DNA of 64,000 nt, taken from positions 62,001 to 126,000 of the IMG/VR virus record IMGVR_UViG_3300022921_000002, one strand, 5' to 3'. The translations under genes were made by a program, and so were the position numbers. How positions within the stretch are numbered: the stretch's first letter is position 1; every line of letters starts with the position of its first letter. Of this stretch, positions 53,281 to 61,436 are shown piece after piece. The notes below the pieces were generated by a model. That model did no database searches, was not told where the DNA came from, and was given only the letters and a program-made list of their open reading frames with translations.

Positions 53281-53288
53281 TATTTATA
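53281..53288 (-). promoter_or_regulatory. Late promoter TATAAATA (GT9/KdsB/SIS cassette)
   Basis: tatttata 12 nt upstream of 53269. Confidence 0.7.
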
Positions 53289-53300
53289 AGGAGTATAAGA

Positions 53301-53423
53301 ATGATAGGTCAAGAGAGATTTTGTAAAAAGTGTGGTCACCGCTGCCACTGTTATGCATCAGACTGTAAAGAATGTGTCAATGATGTTTGCACAAGCTGTG
53401 ATTGTAAGAAAGATAAAGAATGA
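53301..53423 (+). CDS. Cys-rich metallothionein-like peptide (40 aa, 9 Cys, 2 His)
   Basis: MIGQERFCKKCGHRCHCYASDCKECVNDVCTSCDCKKDKE; SD AAGGAG; ATGA overlap with the cyclase. Confidence 0.7.
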   Translation: MIGQERFCKKCGHRCHCYASDCKECVNDVCTSCDCKKDKE

Positions 53424-55462
53424 AAAATATTTTATTATCTCCTATATGGAGCATATTATTGTTAGGGTTACTTGCTTGGCTGCATACTATTAATCCTTCA
53501 TTCATTGAAAGTTTAAGATTACGGTATTTTGACCAGCTTATTGTAAATCAAGAGGTTGTCCCAAATAACATTTATTCAGTAAACATTGATGAAGATGCAA
53601 TAACCGAATATGGACAATGGCCATTTCCTAGACAAGTATACTCAGAATTTATTATAGATCTGTACAATAGAGGTGCAGGTCTTGTTGTTTTAAATATTCT
53701 TATGTCTGAACCTGATAGATCCGGCGGAGATGAAGACCTTGCTATAACTATGCAGCAAGTACCAATAATTTTAACCATGCTTGGAGCTGAGGAGAACAAA
53801 AATGAAGCGATTAATCCAGGAGCCTCTATTATTAATAGCGATTATATTTCTCTCATTCCAAGTGTACCTGGGATTATCGCTAACATCAATGAGCTTGAAA
53901 CTAATGCAGTGGGGTCAGGAATCATCAACACATTCCCAGAGATCGACGGGGTTACCCGCAGAGCACCGTTGGTATTCGAGTCCGGGGGGAACCTCTTCCC
54001 TAATGTCACCCTTGAGGTATTGCGAGTCCTTGCCGGAGACCCATCCTTCCAAATCAAGTTGTCGCCGCTCGGGGTTGATAAATTAAGAATACCACAATTT
54101 GGAATGATACCAACAAATGAGGTTGGCGAGGTATGGATAGATTGGTCTCAAGGTTATCAATCAGAATCAATAATGAATTTGCCAGATGATTTAGGAGGTG
54201 CTGTAGTATTTGTTGGACCAACAGCTGCAGGTACTATTCAACCGATTTCAACTGCGGTTGGTGGAGTATATCCACAAGAAATACAAGCAGCAATGCTTGG
54301 TACTGTATTTAATGAGTCAAACATCACACGTCACGCCGATGCAAAAGCATGGGGTGAACTGGCTGCTCTAATTGTAGCAGGGCTATTAATAATTGGTTTA
54401 TCCTATTGGACTTTTATAGGCATCGGCGCATTCGTATTAACGATTGGCGGCTTTATAGGAGGGTCTATCTATGTATTCCAAAGTTCAAATTTACTTATTG
54501 ACGGCATCACTATTTCTGTTATGCTGTTCCTTGTTGGTAGTTTACGATATATTGTAAAATTCGTAGACGAGTTTTTACAGAAACAAGCAATCAAAAAACA
54601 ATTCGCGGGTTACGCTTCACCAACGGTTGTTAAGTTATTACAAGAAAATCCGTCGTTAGTTAAGGATGGGCAAAAGAAAGACGTATCAATAGTATTCAGT
54701 GACCTTCGCGGTTTTACTCCTTTAGGAGAAAGCTTTGGCGATGATGTTAAAGGCTTAACGGAGATTATGAATGGTTATATGGATGCAATAACCGAACCAG
54801 TATTAGATGCCAATGGCATGATTATTAAGTATATCGGCGATGCTTCAATGCATATTCACAACGCACCGATAGATGATCCTGACCACCCACGAACCGCGGT
54901 GCAAGTGGCTTTCAAAATGCTGAAAGCAGTGGAGAAATTTAATGTGGCACTTCAAAGAAGTAACCGGCCGCCAGTGGGCATGGGTGCTGGTATTAATTCT
55001 GGCCTGGGTTACATTGGGGAGATGGGTAGTAGTAAGCGGCACAGCTACGACATACTTGGGGATGCTGTATCAACAGCAGCAAGAATTGAGTCTAAATGTA
55101 AAGAATATGGAATGGTACTCCTCATTGGAGAAGAAACGCAACGCCACACAGCTGATGAATTCTTTTACCTCAAGATCGACGACTTGGCAGTCAAAGGTAA
55201 ATCGGTAGGAATTGGAATTTGGACAGCACTTGATGATGTAAAACAACCATGGTATGCAGCACAGAAAAAACACCAAGAAATGTTTGCTGCGTATCAAGCA
55301 CAAGATTTTGATAAAGCTATTGAACTATGTGATATATTACATGGCCACTTTGATAATAAAATGGACGGATATTATGATATGTGGAAAGAAAGATGTGAAT
55401 ATATGAAAACACAAGACCTTCCAGAAGATTGGAACGGCGTATTTATTGCGACCACAAAATGA
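53420..55462 (+). CDS. CHASE2-domain class III adenylate cyclase
   Basis: CHASE2 (GQWPFPR, DGVTRR, YPQEIQA), three TM helices, cyclase motifs FSDLRGFT, KYIGDA, GINSG, GDAVSTAARIES. Confidence 0.92.
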   Translation: MKNILLSPIWSILLLGLLAWLHTINPSFIESLRLRYFDQLIVNQEVVPNNIYSVNIDEDAITEYGQWPFPRQVYSEFIIDLYNRGAGLVVLNILMSEPDRSGGDEDLAITMQQVPIILTMLGAEENKNEAINPGASIINSDYISLIPSVPGIIANINELETNAVGSGIINTFPEIDGVTRRAPLVFESGGNLFPNVTLEVLRVLAGDPSFQIKLSPLGVDKLRIPQFGMIPTNEVGEVWIDWSQGYQSESIMNLPDDLGGAVVFVGPTAAGTIQPISTAVGGVYPQEIQAAMLGTVFNESNITRHADAKAWGELAALIVAGLLIIGLSYWTFIGIGAFVLTIGGFIGGSIYVFQSSNLLIDGITISVMLFLVGSLRYIVKFVDEFLQKQAIKKQFAGYASPTVVKLLQENPSLVKDGQKKDVSIVFSDLRGFTPLGESFGDDVKGLTEIMNGYMDAITEPVLDANGMIIKYIGDASMHIHNAPIDDPDHPRTAVQVAFKMLKAVEKFNVALQRSNRPPVGMGAGINSGLGYIGEMGSSKRHSYDILGDAVSTAARIESKCKEYGMVLLIGEETQRHTADEFFYLKIDDLAVKGKSVGIGIWTALDDVKQPWYAAQKKHQEMFAAYQAQDFDKAIELCDILHGHFDNKMDGYYDMWKERCEYMKTQDLPEDWNGVFIATTK

Positions 55463-55764
55463 TTAGAACTTTATTTGAAATGTTCTTTAAAAATTATATT
55501 GATGAACAAATAGACAAACGGTTCACGGAGAATATGATTGAAAGATACTGGGCTCAAAGACAGAATGAAACATCAAGACGACTTCAACAAGCAAGAGATC
55601 GCTACAAGATTGATTATCCGCCTTCCCATGAGGCCGAGCAAGATATGTCCGAGCCCAAAGTATTGTCCAGTGGTGACTTACGATGGGACGACGCCAAATC
55701 CCGAGTACAAACAAAAACCACTACATCTTCGTTAAAAGATAAACTAAAGGGGATTAACAAATGA
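55429..55764 (+). CDS. Hypothetical protein
   Basis: ORF in the operon; true start probably MIRTLF. Confidence 0.5.
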   Translation: MERRIYCDHKMIRTLFEMFFKNYIDEQIDKRFTENMIERYWAQRQNETSRRLQQARDRYKIDYPPSHEAEQDMSEPKVLSSGDLRWDDAKSRVQTKTTTSSLKDKLKGINK

Positions 55765-56501
55765 TAGAAAAATGCGCAACTATGGCTCAGTGTGCTCAAA
55801 TAGCATATATGGACGGTAAAGAAGCAAAAGCTGAATATAAAAAGTTAGGTTATACACAACATAAATTTATTGAAAAGGATGGTGCTCAGGTACACCTTAT
55901 TCAGAATAAGAACGAAATTGTTTTATGTTTCCGTGGTACAGAGCCTGGTGAATTTTCTGATATTAAAGCAGATCTAAATGCTATGCCCGACAAAGCAAAC
56001 AACGGATCAGGTCTTGTCCATAACGGTTTTCAAACAGAAGTTGATAAAGTATGGGTTGCAATTGAAGCAGCATTGGCAAAGGCAAAACCTAAAGACCTAT
56101 TCATATGCGGACATTCATTAGGTGGTGCAATGGCAACAATTGCAACATCTCGTTTGGCTGATGGTCCTTGGAATCCTGTGGCATTATATACATATGGATC
56201 ACCGAGAGTTGGTACTCGTAAATTCGTCAAGAGTTTTAAAAATGTTACTCACTATCGCCATGTCAACAATAATGATTTGGTAACAACTGTACCGTTTGCA
56301 CTTATTGGCTATAGACATCATTGCCCACCACGTTATATTAATTACTACGGTAATATTAGAAAAATGTCGAAGTGGCAAAGAATTAAAGACAAGTGGCGCG
56401 GCCGTTGGAGAGCATTGAAAAAAGGTATGCCTTTTGATGGTGCATATGACCACGGTATGAACCATTACTGCAAATACACGGAGCAAAATAATGATAGATA
56501 G
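55761..56501 (+). CDS. Class 3 lipase
   Basis: FRGT, VHNGF, GHSLGGA, YGSPRVG, DLVTTVP, DHGM. Confidence 0.9.
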   Translation: MIEKCATMAQCAQIAYMDGKEAKAEYKKLGYTQHKFIEKDGAQVHLIQNKNEIVLCFRGTEPGEFSDIKADLNAMPDKANNGSGLVHNGFQTEVDKVWVAIEAALAKAKPKDLFICGHSLGGAMATIATSRLADGPWNPVALYTYGSPRVGTRKFVKSFKNVTHYRHVNNNDLVTTVPFALIGYRHHCPPRYINYYGNIRKMSKWQRIKDKWRGRWRALKKGMPFDGAYDHGMNHYCKYTEQNNDR

Positions 56502-56793
56502 AATGCTAGAAGACACGTTATGGATCTACACCGCAATTGGCGGATCCATAATTGGCGCAGTTGTACTTGCATATTTGAGTACAACACGCATTGGACTATG
56601 GGGCTATGCTAAATTTGATTTGATGATTGATTACTTAGTTGAGCGCTGGGGTTTAACCTGGCTTGAACAACCTGAAGACGCATGGCGAAAGAAGTATCCA
56701 AAAATCACTCAAAAGATTGATGATATGGAGCGCCGGCTAAATGCCGTTGAAGCAAAAGCTGGTGTTAAAATCCTAGGAGGAAAAAAGAAATGA
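56491..56793 (+). CDS. Membrane protein with coiled-coil tail
   Basis: N-terminal TM, WRKKYPKIT...ERRL. Confidence 0.6.
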   Translation: MIDRMLEDTLWIYTAIGGSIIGAVVLAYLSTTRIGLWGYAKFDLMIDYLVERWGLTWLEQPEDAWRKKYPKITQKIDDMERRLNAVEAKAGVKILGGKKK

Positions 56794-56948
56794 ATTGGAT
56801 TAAAAACAGACTTAAGGAAAGAACAACTTGGGACGGCTGTGCTTTGGTAGCACTCGGTATGTTGGTTCTCTTCATGGCACCATTAGCAAAAATTGCTGCA
56901 GGCATTGCAATTGCCTGGGGCGCTTGGACAATTTGGAAATCTGAATAA
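56790..56948 (+). CDS. Small 2-TM holin-like protein (52 aa)
   Basis: MNWIKNRLKERTTWDG + two TM helices; SD AGGAGG. Confidence 0.55.
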   Translation: MNWIKNRLKERTTWDGCALVALGMLVLFMAPLAKIAAGIAIAWGAWTIWKSE

Positions 56949-56949
56949 G

Positions 56950-57705
56950 TTAAGCTTTCCGCCAATGTTCAAATGAAGGCAGTGTTCTACTATATTCGGC
57001 GACATTTGGTTTTCTTACAATCATAACATCTCCTGCCACACAAAACCTACTTAGTTTTAAATCAGTTTTTGTTTTGAAACTTTGGAGGCCAGGTCCATCG
57101 TCACCTTCCTGTGCAACAATATCATGGTTAAGGTTTGATGGAAATACTAGTAGAACACCGTCCTTTACTGGGAATTGCCATGTTCTTGCATTTGCATAAG
57201 TCCAATTCCCACCCACGTGTTCGCCAAAGAATTTTGAATAGGGCTCATTAGGATGAGCATCACGTGGATCATAGAATCTAATATCACGGTGCCTTTGAAT
57301 ATTTACGTGTGGATAATACACCCATGAGATATGATTCTCAGCATGGTTATGGATATTTATGGATGCTTTATCGGTTATATTAAAGAATGCTTTTGTTATA
57401 AACAAATCAATCTTCATTCGGTTCACACCGATTGTCTCAAGGTACAGGTTTAAACAGTTTGGTAATACTACATCAAACCATTCCGCTAATGCAGGATCAT
57501 TGTGTACTTTCTCATAACCGATAAAGTCATGAGATACACCACTTTCCTTTGAATGTCTAAGATAAGCGTCAAACCACATATCTTTTTCTTTTTGAGTTAC
57601 AGGTTTTCTAACTTCTGTAATTGTTGTTGGAAAAATAAAGTGATTTTGAAATTCACCTTCTTGAGTTGTCGGAAACTTTTCCTCATATCTAAATTGATTT
57701 GCCAT
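56950..57705 (-). CDS. 2OG-Fe(II) oxygenase (TIGR02466-like)
   Basis: HNHAENHISWVYY, LLVFPSNLNH. Confidence 0.75.
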   Translation of the reverse strand: MANQFRYEEKFPTTQEGEFQNHFIFPTTITEVRKPVTQKEKDMWFDAYLRHSKESGVSHDFIGYEKVHNDPALAEWFDVVLPNCLNLYLETIGVNRMKIDLFITKAFFNITDKASINIHNHAENHISWVYYPHVNIQRHRDIRFYDPRDAHPNEPYSKFFGEHVGGNWTYANARTWQFPVKDGVLLVFPSNLNHDIVAQEGDDGPGLQSFKTKTDLKLSRFCVAGDVMIVRKPNVAEYSRTLPSFEHWRKA

Positions 57706-58573
57706 GCTTTCCCATTTCTAACTTATACTGATCGTGGCACATATCACCAAGCGATTTTGTCAGGTTACATAATTTTGATGGATTATCAACTATAGATTTA
57801 ACAGCATCACCGGCACGACGGCCGACAATTTTTCTATTCATTGATTTACCGGTAATTTTTTCCATAGTATCTAAGACTTCGTGGACAGTCCATCCTTGAT
57901 TACTTCCGAGGCATTCGTATGGAGTATTGGATGGTCCAGATATAGCAGCGTTGAGTAAAGAATTACAGAGATCGTTAACGTGAATGTAATCACGTACACA
58001 AGTCCCATCCCGTGTTTCATAATCATCTCCATATACTTCTACGTGTTGCCGTATGCCTGCAGCAACTTCCGCTCCAATTCTAATGAGGTGAGAACTATCC
58101 CCAAGCTGACGATTAATACCATCACTCCCACTAACATTAAAGAAACGAAAAATAGTGTACCCATCAGCTTTCTCCTTTATAATATCTTCAGCACCAACTT
58201 TTGAGCGAGCATATGGTGATGCCATTTCAAAAGCCGATGATGTAGATGCGAATATGAAATTATCAGTACGTAATTTTTGAACCGCATTGAGCGTACCCAT
58301 TGTATTGATACGATAATATGCTGATGGTTCTTTTAATGATTGTGGAACAATACTACGGCCTGCAAGGTGAACTACTGCATCACCCCAACCCATAAGCCAA
58401 TGATCCATAATATCCTGTACCCAAAACTTGTCACAGTATTTAGAAACATCATTGCTTTCGCCATGGAAATTGTTATCAAACCCATGGACTTCATATCCAT
58501 GTTCTTTTGCCAACCGACAAAAATGTGATCCGATATAACCGGACGCACCTGTCACTAATAACTTCATAACCAT
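57689..58573 (-). CDS. galE: UDP-glucose 4-epimerase
   Basis: TGASGYIGSH, ASTS, YARSK, RFFNV, DGTCVRDYIHV. Confidence 0.9.
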   Translation of the reverse strand: MVMKLLVTGASGYIGSHFCRLAKEHGYEVHGFDNNFHGESNDVSKYCDKFWVQDIMDHWLMGWGDAVVHLAGRSIVPQSLKEPSAYYRINTMGTLNAVQKLRTDNFIFASTSSAFEMASPYARSKVGAEDIIKEKADGYTIFRFFNVSGSDGINRQLGDSSHLIRIGAEVAAGIRQHVEVYGDDYETRDGTCVRDYIHVNDLCNSLLNAAISGPSNTPYECLGSNQGWTVHEVLDTMEKITGKSMNRKIVGRRAGDAVKSIVDNPSKLCNLTKSLGDMCHDQYKLEMGKHGKSI

Positions 58574-58581
58574 ACTAATAT

Positions 58582-58788
58582 TTATGTAAAGTACTTATCC
58601 AACATATCAAGTACATCCTGGTATTTTGCAATTTCAAGGATTTCTGTTTCCATTGCTTCAAATACGTCGGGGTGTTCACCTACACCTGCTGGGTTATTAA
58701 GATAAACTTCAACATTATACTTATGCTTATCAATATGACCTCTTGCGTGTGAGCGTAGTGCTTCTATTGTGTATTCTTGATGAATCAT
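58582..58788 (-). CDS. Hypothetical protein
   Basis: NVEVYLNNPAGVGEHPDV, 68 aa. Confidence 0.7.
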   Translation of the reverse strand: MIHQEYTIEALRSHARGHIDKHKYNVEVYLNNPAGVGEHPDVFEAMETEILEIAKYQDVLDMLDKYFT

Positions 58789-58797
58789 AATATTCTC

Positions 58798-59091
58798 CTA
58801 TACAATTAAGCTTGATTGTGGTGTAACCAAACCACTCGTCATTTGTCGGTATGCGTTAGCAACCTCTTCATTTGTTTTAACTACTAATGAAATGTTATAT
58901 AATACACATTCCTTAGGATCTTGTTCACCTGTCATAGCAATTCCATTTGAAAAACCCATACCTTGTTCACTCATTGTGAGGAACCTAGGATTTTTTAGCT
59001 CAACTGTTGAGCCATCTTGTGATATTAGTTTACCTACGTATTCACCGTTTTGTGTAATTACTGTTACAATATCATTAGCTTTAAATGCCAT
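58798..59091 (-). CDS. Small Sm-like beta protein
   Basis: Start reassigned to MAFKAND; GEYVGKL...ELKNPR. Confidence 0.55.
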   Translation of the reverse strand: MAFKANDIVTVITQNGEYVGKLISQDGSTVELKNPRFLTMSEQGMGFSNGIAMTGEQDPKECVLYNISLVVKTNEEVANAYRQMTSGLVTPQSSLIV

Positions 59092-59272
59092 CTTTTTCAC
59101 CTTTATAAATGCAAATTGCTTGTTGACCTGCTTCAAAATAACCATCGCCTTTACCAACGTCAGAACTTAGATCTTCACGTGCATAAAAGCACTCATACAT
59201 ATTAGTATGTTTGCTGACAAGTTCTACGTAAGGTATTTCATCGTACATATATACGAACACTAAAACCCACAT
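59081..59272 (-). CDS. Hypothetical protein
   Basis: MWVLVFVY...CFYARE...AIC. Confidence 0.5.
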   Translation of the reverse strand: MWVLVFVYMYDEIPYVELVSKHTNMYECFYAREDLSSDVGKGDGYFEAGQQAICIYKGEKDGI

Positions 59273-59287
59273 TGTTATTCCTTTATT

Positions 59288-59365
59288 TGGTGATCTCTGT
59301 AGGACTCGAACCTACGACCTAGTGCTTAGAAGGCACTTGCTCTAATCCTGCTGAGCTAAGAGACC
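59288..59365 (-). tRNA. tRNA-Arg(TCT)
   Basis: Cloverleaf: GGTCTCT/AGAGATC acceptor, AGTGC-CTTCTAA-GCACT anticodon arm, TTCGAGT T-loop, CCA. Confidence 0.97.
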
Positions 59366-59841
59366 TATCTTTGAAAATTAAGAACGTATCGTTTACCGTC
59401 AATAAAAAATCTAATCGTCGAGTGCGAATACACGTCGGCGTTTACGGTATCTCGATATTCAACAACATCACATTGTTCAGTCCATTCATAACCAACAATA
59501 CGTTGTTGTGTTTTTGGTCGTGATCCTTGATCTGCACCAACCAATCCTCCAATTACCGCGCCGACTGCTGCACCATCATCGTTACCTGATACTCCTTTAC
59601 CTAGGATACCTCCGATAATCATACCTGCAAGAGCACCACCTGCGGCATCACCTTGGGATTGTACCGTCTCGTAAATCGGTACTTTCACATCATTACAAAC
59701 GAGCTTTTCAACAATCTGAACGGAACGTGCTTGCTTTGTATGGTCAAACACTCTCACGTTAGTCGGAGTTTCGTTTGCAAAGACTGGTGTTGCAACAGTC
59801 AGCGCGGTTAGAAATACTAAATTTTTCATTTTATTATCCAA
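59365..59841 (-). CDS. Glycine-zipper 2TM exported protein
   Basis: Signal peptide; GGALAGMIIGGILG...GAAVGAVIGGLVG. Confidence 0.75.
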   Translation of the reverse strand: MDNKMKNLVFLTALTVATPVFANETPTNVRVFDHTKQARSVQIVEKLVCNDVKVPIYETVQSQGDAAGGALAGMIIGGILGKGVSGNDDGAAVGAVIGGLVGADQGSRPKTQQRIVGYEWTEQCDVVEYRDTVNADVYSHSTIRFFIDGKRYVLNFQR

Positions 59842-60058
59842 TCAATCTTTTAGCATAACGAACGGTCATTAGTTGTGCTTCACTAAGACCTTTCATAGAT
59901 GCAGTTTCAGCAAGATGCTCACCTACATCCGAAAAGGAATTCAGGATAGGTAACGGAATGTTCATAAATTCACCTGATTCAGATGCCCACATCATTTTAC
60001 GGCCAAAGGATGAAACGATTTTTTGTGCGGCAGTTTGTTCAAAGAATGTAATGTTCAT
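59834..60058 (-). CDS. Early hypothetical protein
   Basis: First ORF after the promoter at 60086; SD AAGGA. Confidence 0.6.
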   Translation of the reverse strand: MNITFFEQTAAQKIVSSFGRKMMWASESGEFMNIPLPILNSFSDVGEHLAETASMKGLSEAQLMTVRYAKRLIG

Positions 60059-60085
60059 AGATAGTTTCCTTTATTTGATTATTCC

Positions 60086-60114
60086 ATAATAACTGATTCT
60101 AAAGCATTTGTCAA
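60086..60114 (-). promoter_or_regulatory. Early promoter with TAGAATCAGT spacer (copy 4)
   Basis: TTGACA-17-TATTAT; spacer identical to copy 1. Confidence 0.85.
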
Positions 60115-60530
60115 TGGTTAATTTCAATTATTTTAACAAATTCTGTAATTAATTCTTTAGATTTTTCACGTGCCTCAGTTTCCCACCAACAAGTTTCGTA
60201 TTCTGTGTCAGTTTGTAATGCAGCATTAAGATCATCAAACTCATATTGTTTAACGTGAACAAGCTCGTGAGCAATGGTTGAAAATATTTCCGTGATATTA
60301 CGATTAATGGTTTTTACCAAAATCAGATAATAACCTTTTTCTATATCAACACATATACCATTGCCTTCGAGCTCATCCTCAGCTTCGAGGACGATTTGCT
60401 CTGGGAACACGTTTAGATTGTTACAACAAAATGCAACAAACTTTTTTACCAGATCTTCATTATCAAGATTAGTTTTAATCATCATCTTCGTAATCAAAGT
60501 CTTCAAGGTATTCGTTATATTCTTCTTCAA
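60111..60530 (-). CDS. HExxH metallopeptidase-like protein
   Basis: TIAHELVHVKQY...WWETEA; true start probably 60485. Confidence 0.7.
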   Translation of the reverse strand: MKKNITNTLKTLITKMMIKTNLDNEDLVKKFVAFCCNNLNVFPEQIVLEAEDELEGNGICVDIEKGYYLILVKTINRNITEIFSTIAHELVHVKQYEFDDLNAALQTDTEYETCWWETEAREKSKELITEFVKIIEINH

Positions 60531-60981
60531 TGCTAAAATGTTCTAGCAAATCATCAGGAATTTCATCAATTGACGAACGGTCTTCCAAATTATATTCGTA
60601 ATACTCGTCTTCCATTGTTTCAGAATTAAATTGCCCAACAAACCCAATGCCTGACTCCCAATATTTCAAATCAACAGAACAGTCTTTGTTAAGGGTGGCG
60701 AATGTTTCCAATGCGGTGATTGGTGGACCCCATGCAGAATCGACAGTACCAACAATACGAAGTGTATTAGCGTTTACAACATCAAGTTCTAGGTTCTCAG
60801 GATCAACATCCCATTTAGTACCCCATGCTTCAAGCTGGTCACCGATTCCGATTGATTCATCTTCCTTAAGAGGTACGAGTTGTTGAAGTAAACCACCTTG
60901 ATCTTGAGCCTTTTCAAAAATCTCAGTGATTAAATCAGTCGGTCCGCTTATTTCAATATCATTCATACACCAATTGGGCAT
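60475..60981 (-). CDS. YubB/DUF1281 ferredoxin-like domain protein
   Basis: MPNWCMN, WGTKWD, SAWGPP, YWESGIGF. Confidence 0.7.
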   Translation of the reverse strand: MPNWCMNDIEISGPTDLITEIFEKAQDQGGLLQQLVPLKEDESIGIGDQLEAWGTKWDVDPENLELDVVNANTLRIVGTVDSAWGPPITALETFATLNKDCSVDLKYWESGIGFVGQFNSETMEDEYYEYNLEDRSSIDEIPDDLLEHFSIEEEYNEYLEDFDYEDDD

Positions 60982-61006
60982 GCTGTTTCTCCTTTGTTAT
61001 TATGTT

Positions 61007-61035
61007 ATTATAACTGATTCTATTTTGAATGTCAA
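61007..61035 (-). promoter_or_regulatory. Early promoter with TAGAATCAGT spacer (copy 5)
   Basis: TTGACA-17-TATAAT. Confidence 0.85.
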
Positions 61036-61436
61036 TAGGATTTAAAGCAATCAAACATAATCTTTTCTAATTCGAAGGCTTCTTGTTCCCATGGTGAATT
61101 ATAATAATCACCATCAAATGTTTTACCATACCAACGTGACGGTTTCTTACCGATACCTGAAACAAGCTCACCTTTTAGGTATTGTTTAACGTGTACCATT
61201 TCATGGAAGAAAGTAGTGAGGATCTGGTCTTGCTGGTTTTTTCCATCAATATAAACACACAGCTCAAGATCCTCAGGGTCGTATTCAACATAACCAAAAC
61301 AATCATTATCGAACTCACCATTAAATAACACTTCCATTTCACCTTCGATTTCAAGGAACTCTGATGCAAACGCAACAGCACGGTCCATCATGGCATCAGG
61401 TATTTTTGCTGGTTTATCATATGAGACATAAAACAT
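61032..61436 (-). CDS. HExxH metallopeptidase-like protein
   Basis: TFFHEMVHVKQY...PWEQEA. Confidence 0.72.
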   Translation of the reverse strand: MFYVSYDKPAKIPDAMMDRAVAFASEFLEIEGEMEVLFNGEFDNDCFGYVEYDPEDLELCVYIDGKNQQDQILTTFFHEMVHVKQYLKGELVSGIGKKPSRWYGKTFDGDYYNSPWEQEAFELEKIMFDCFKSY

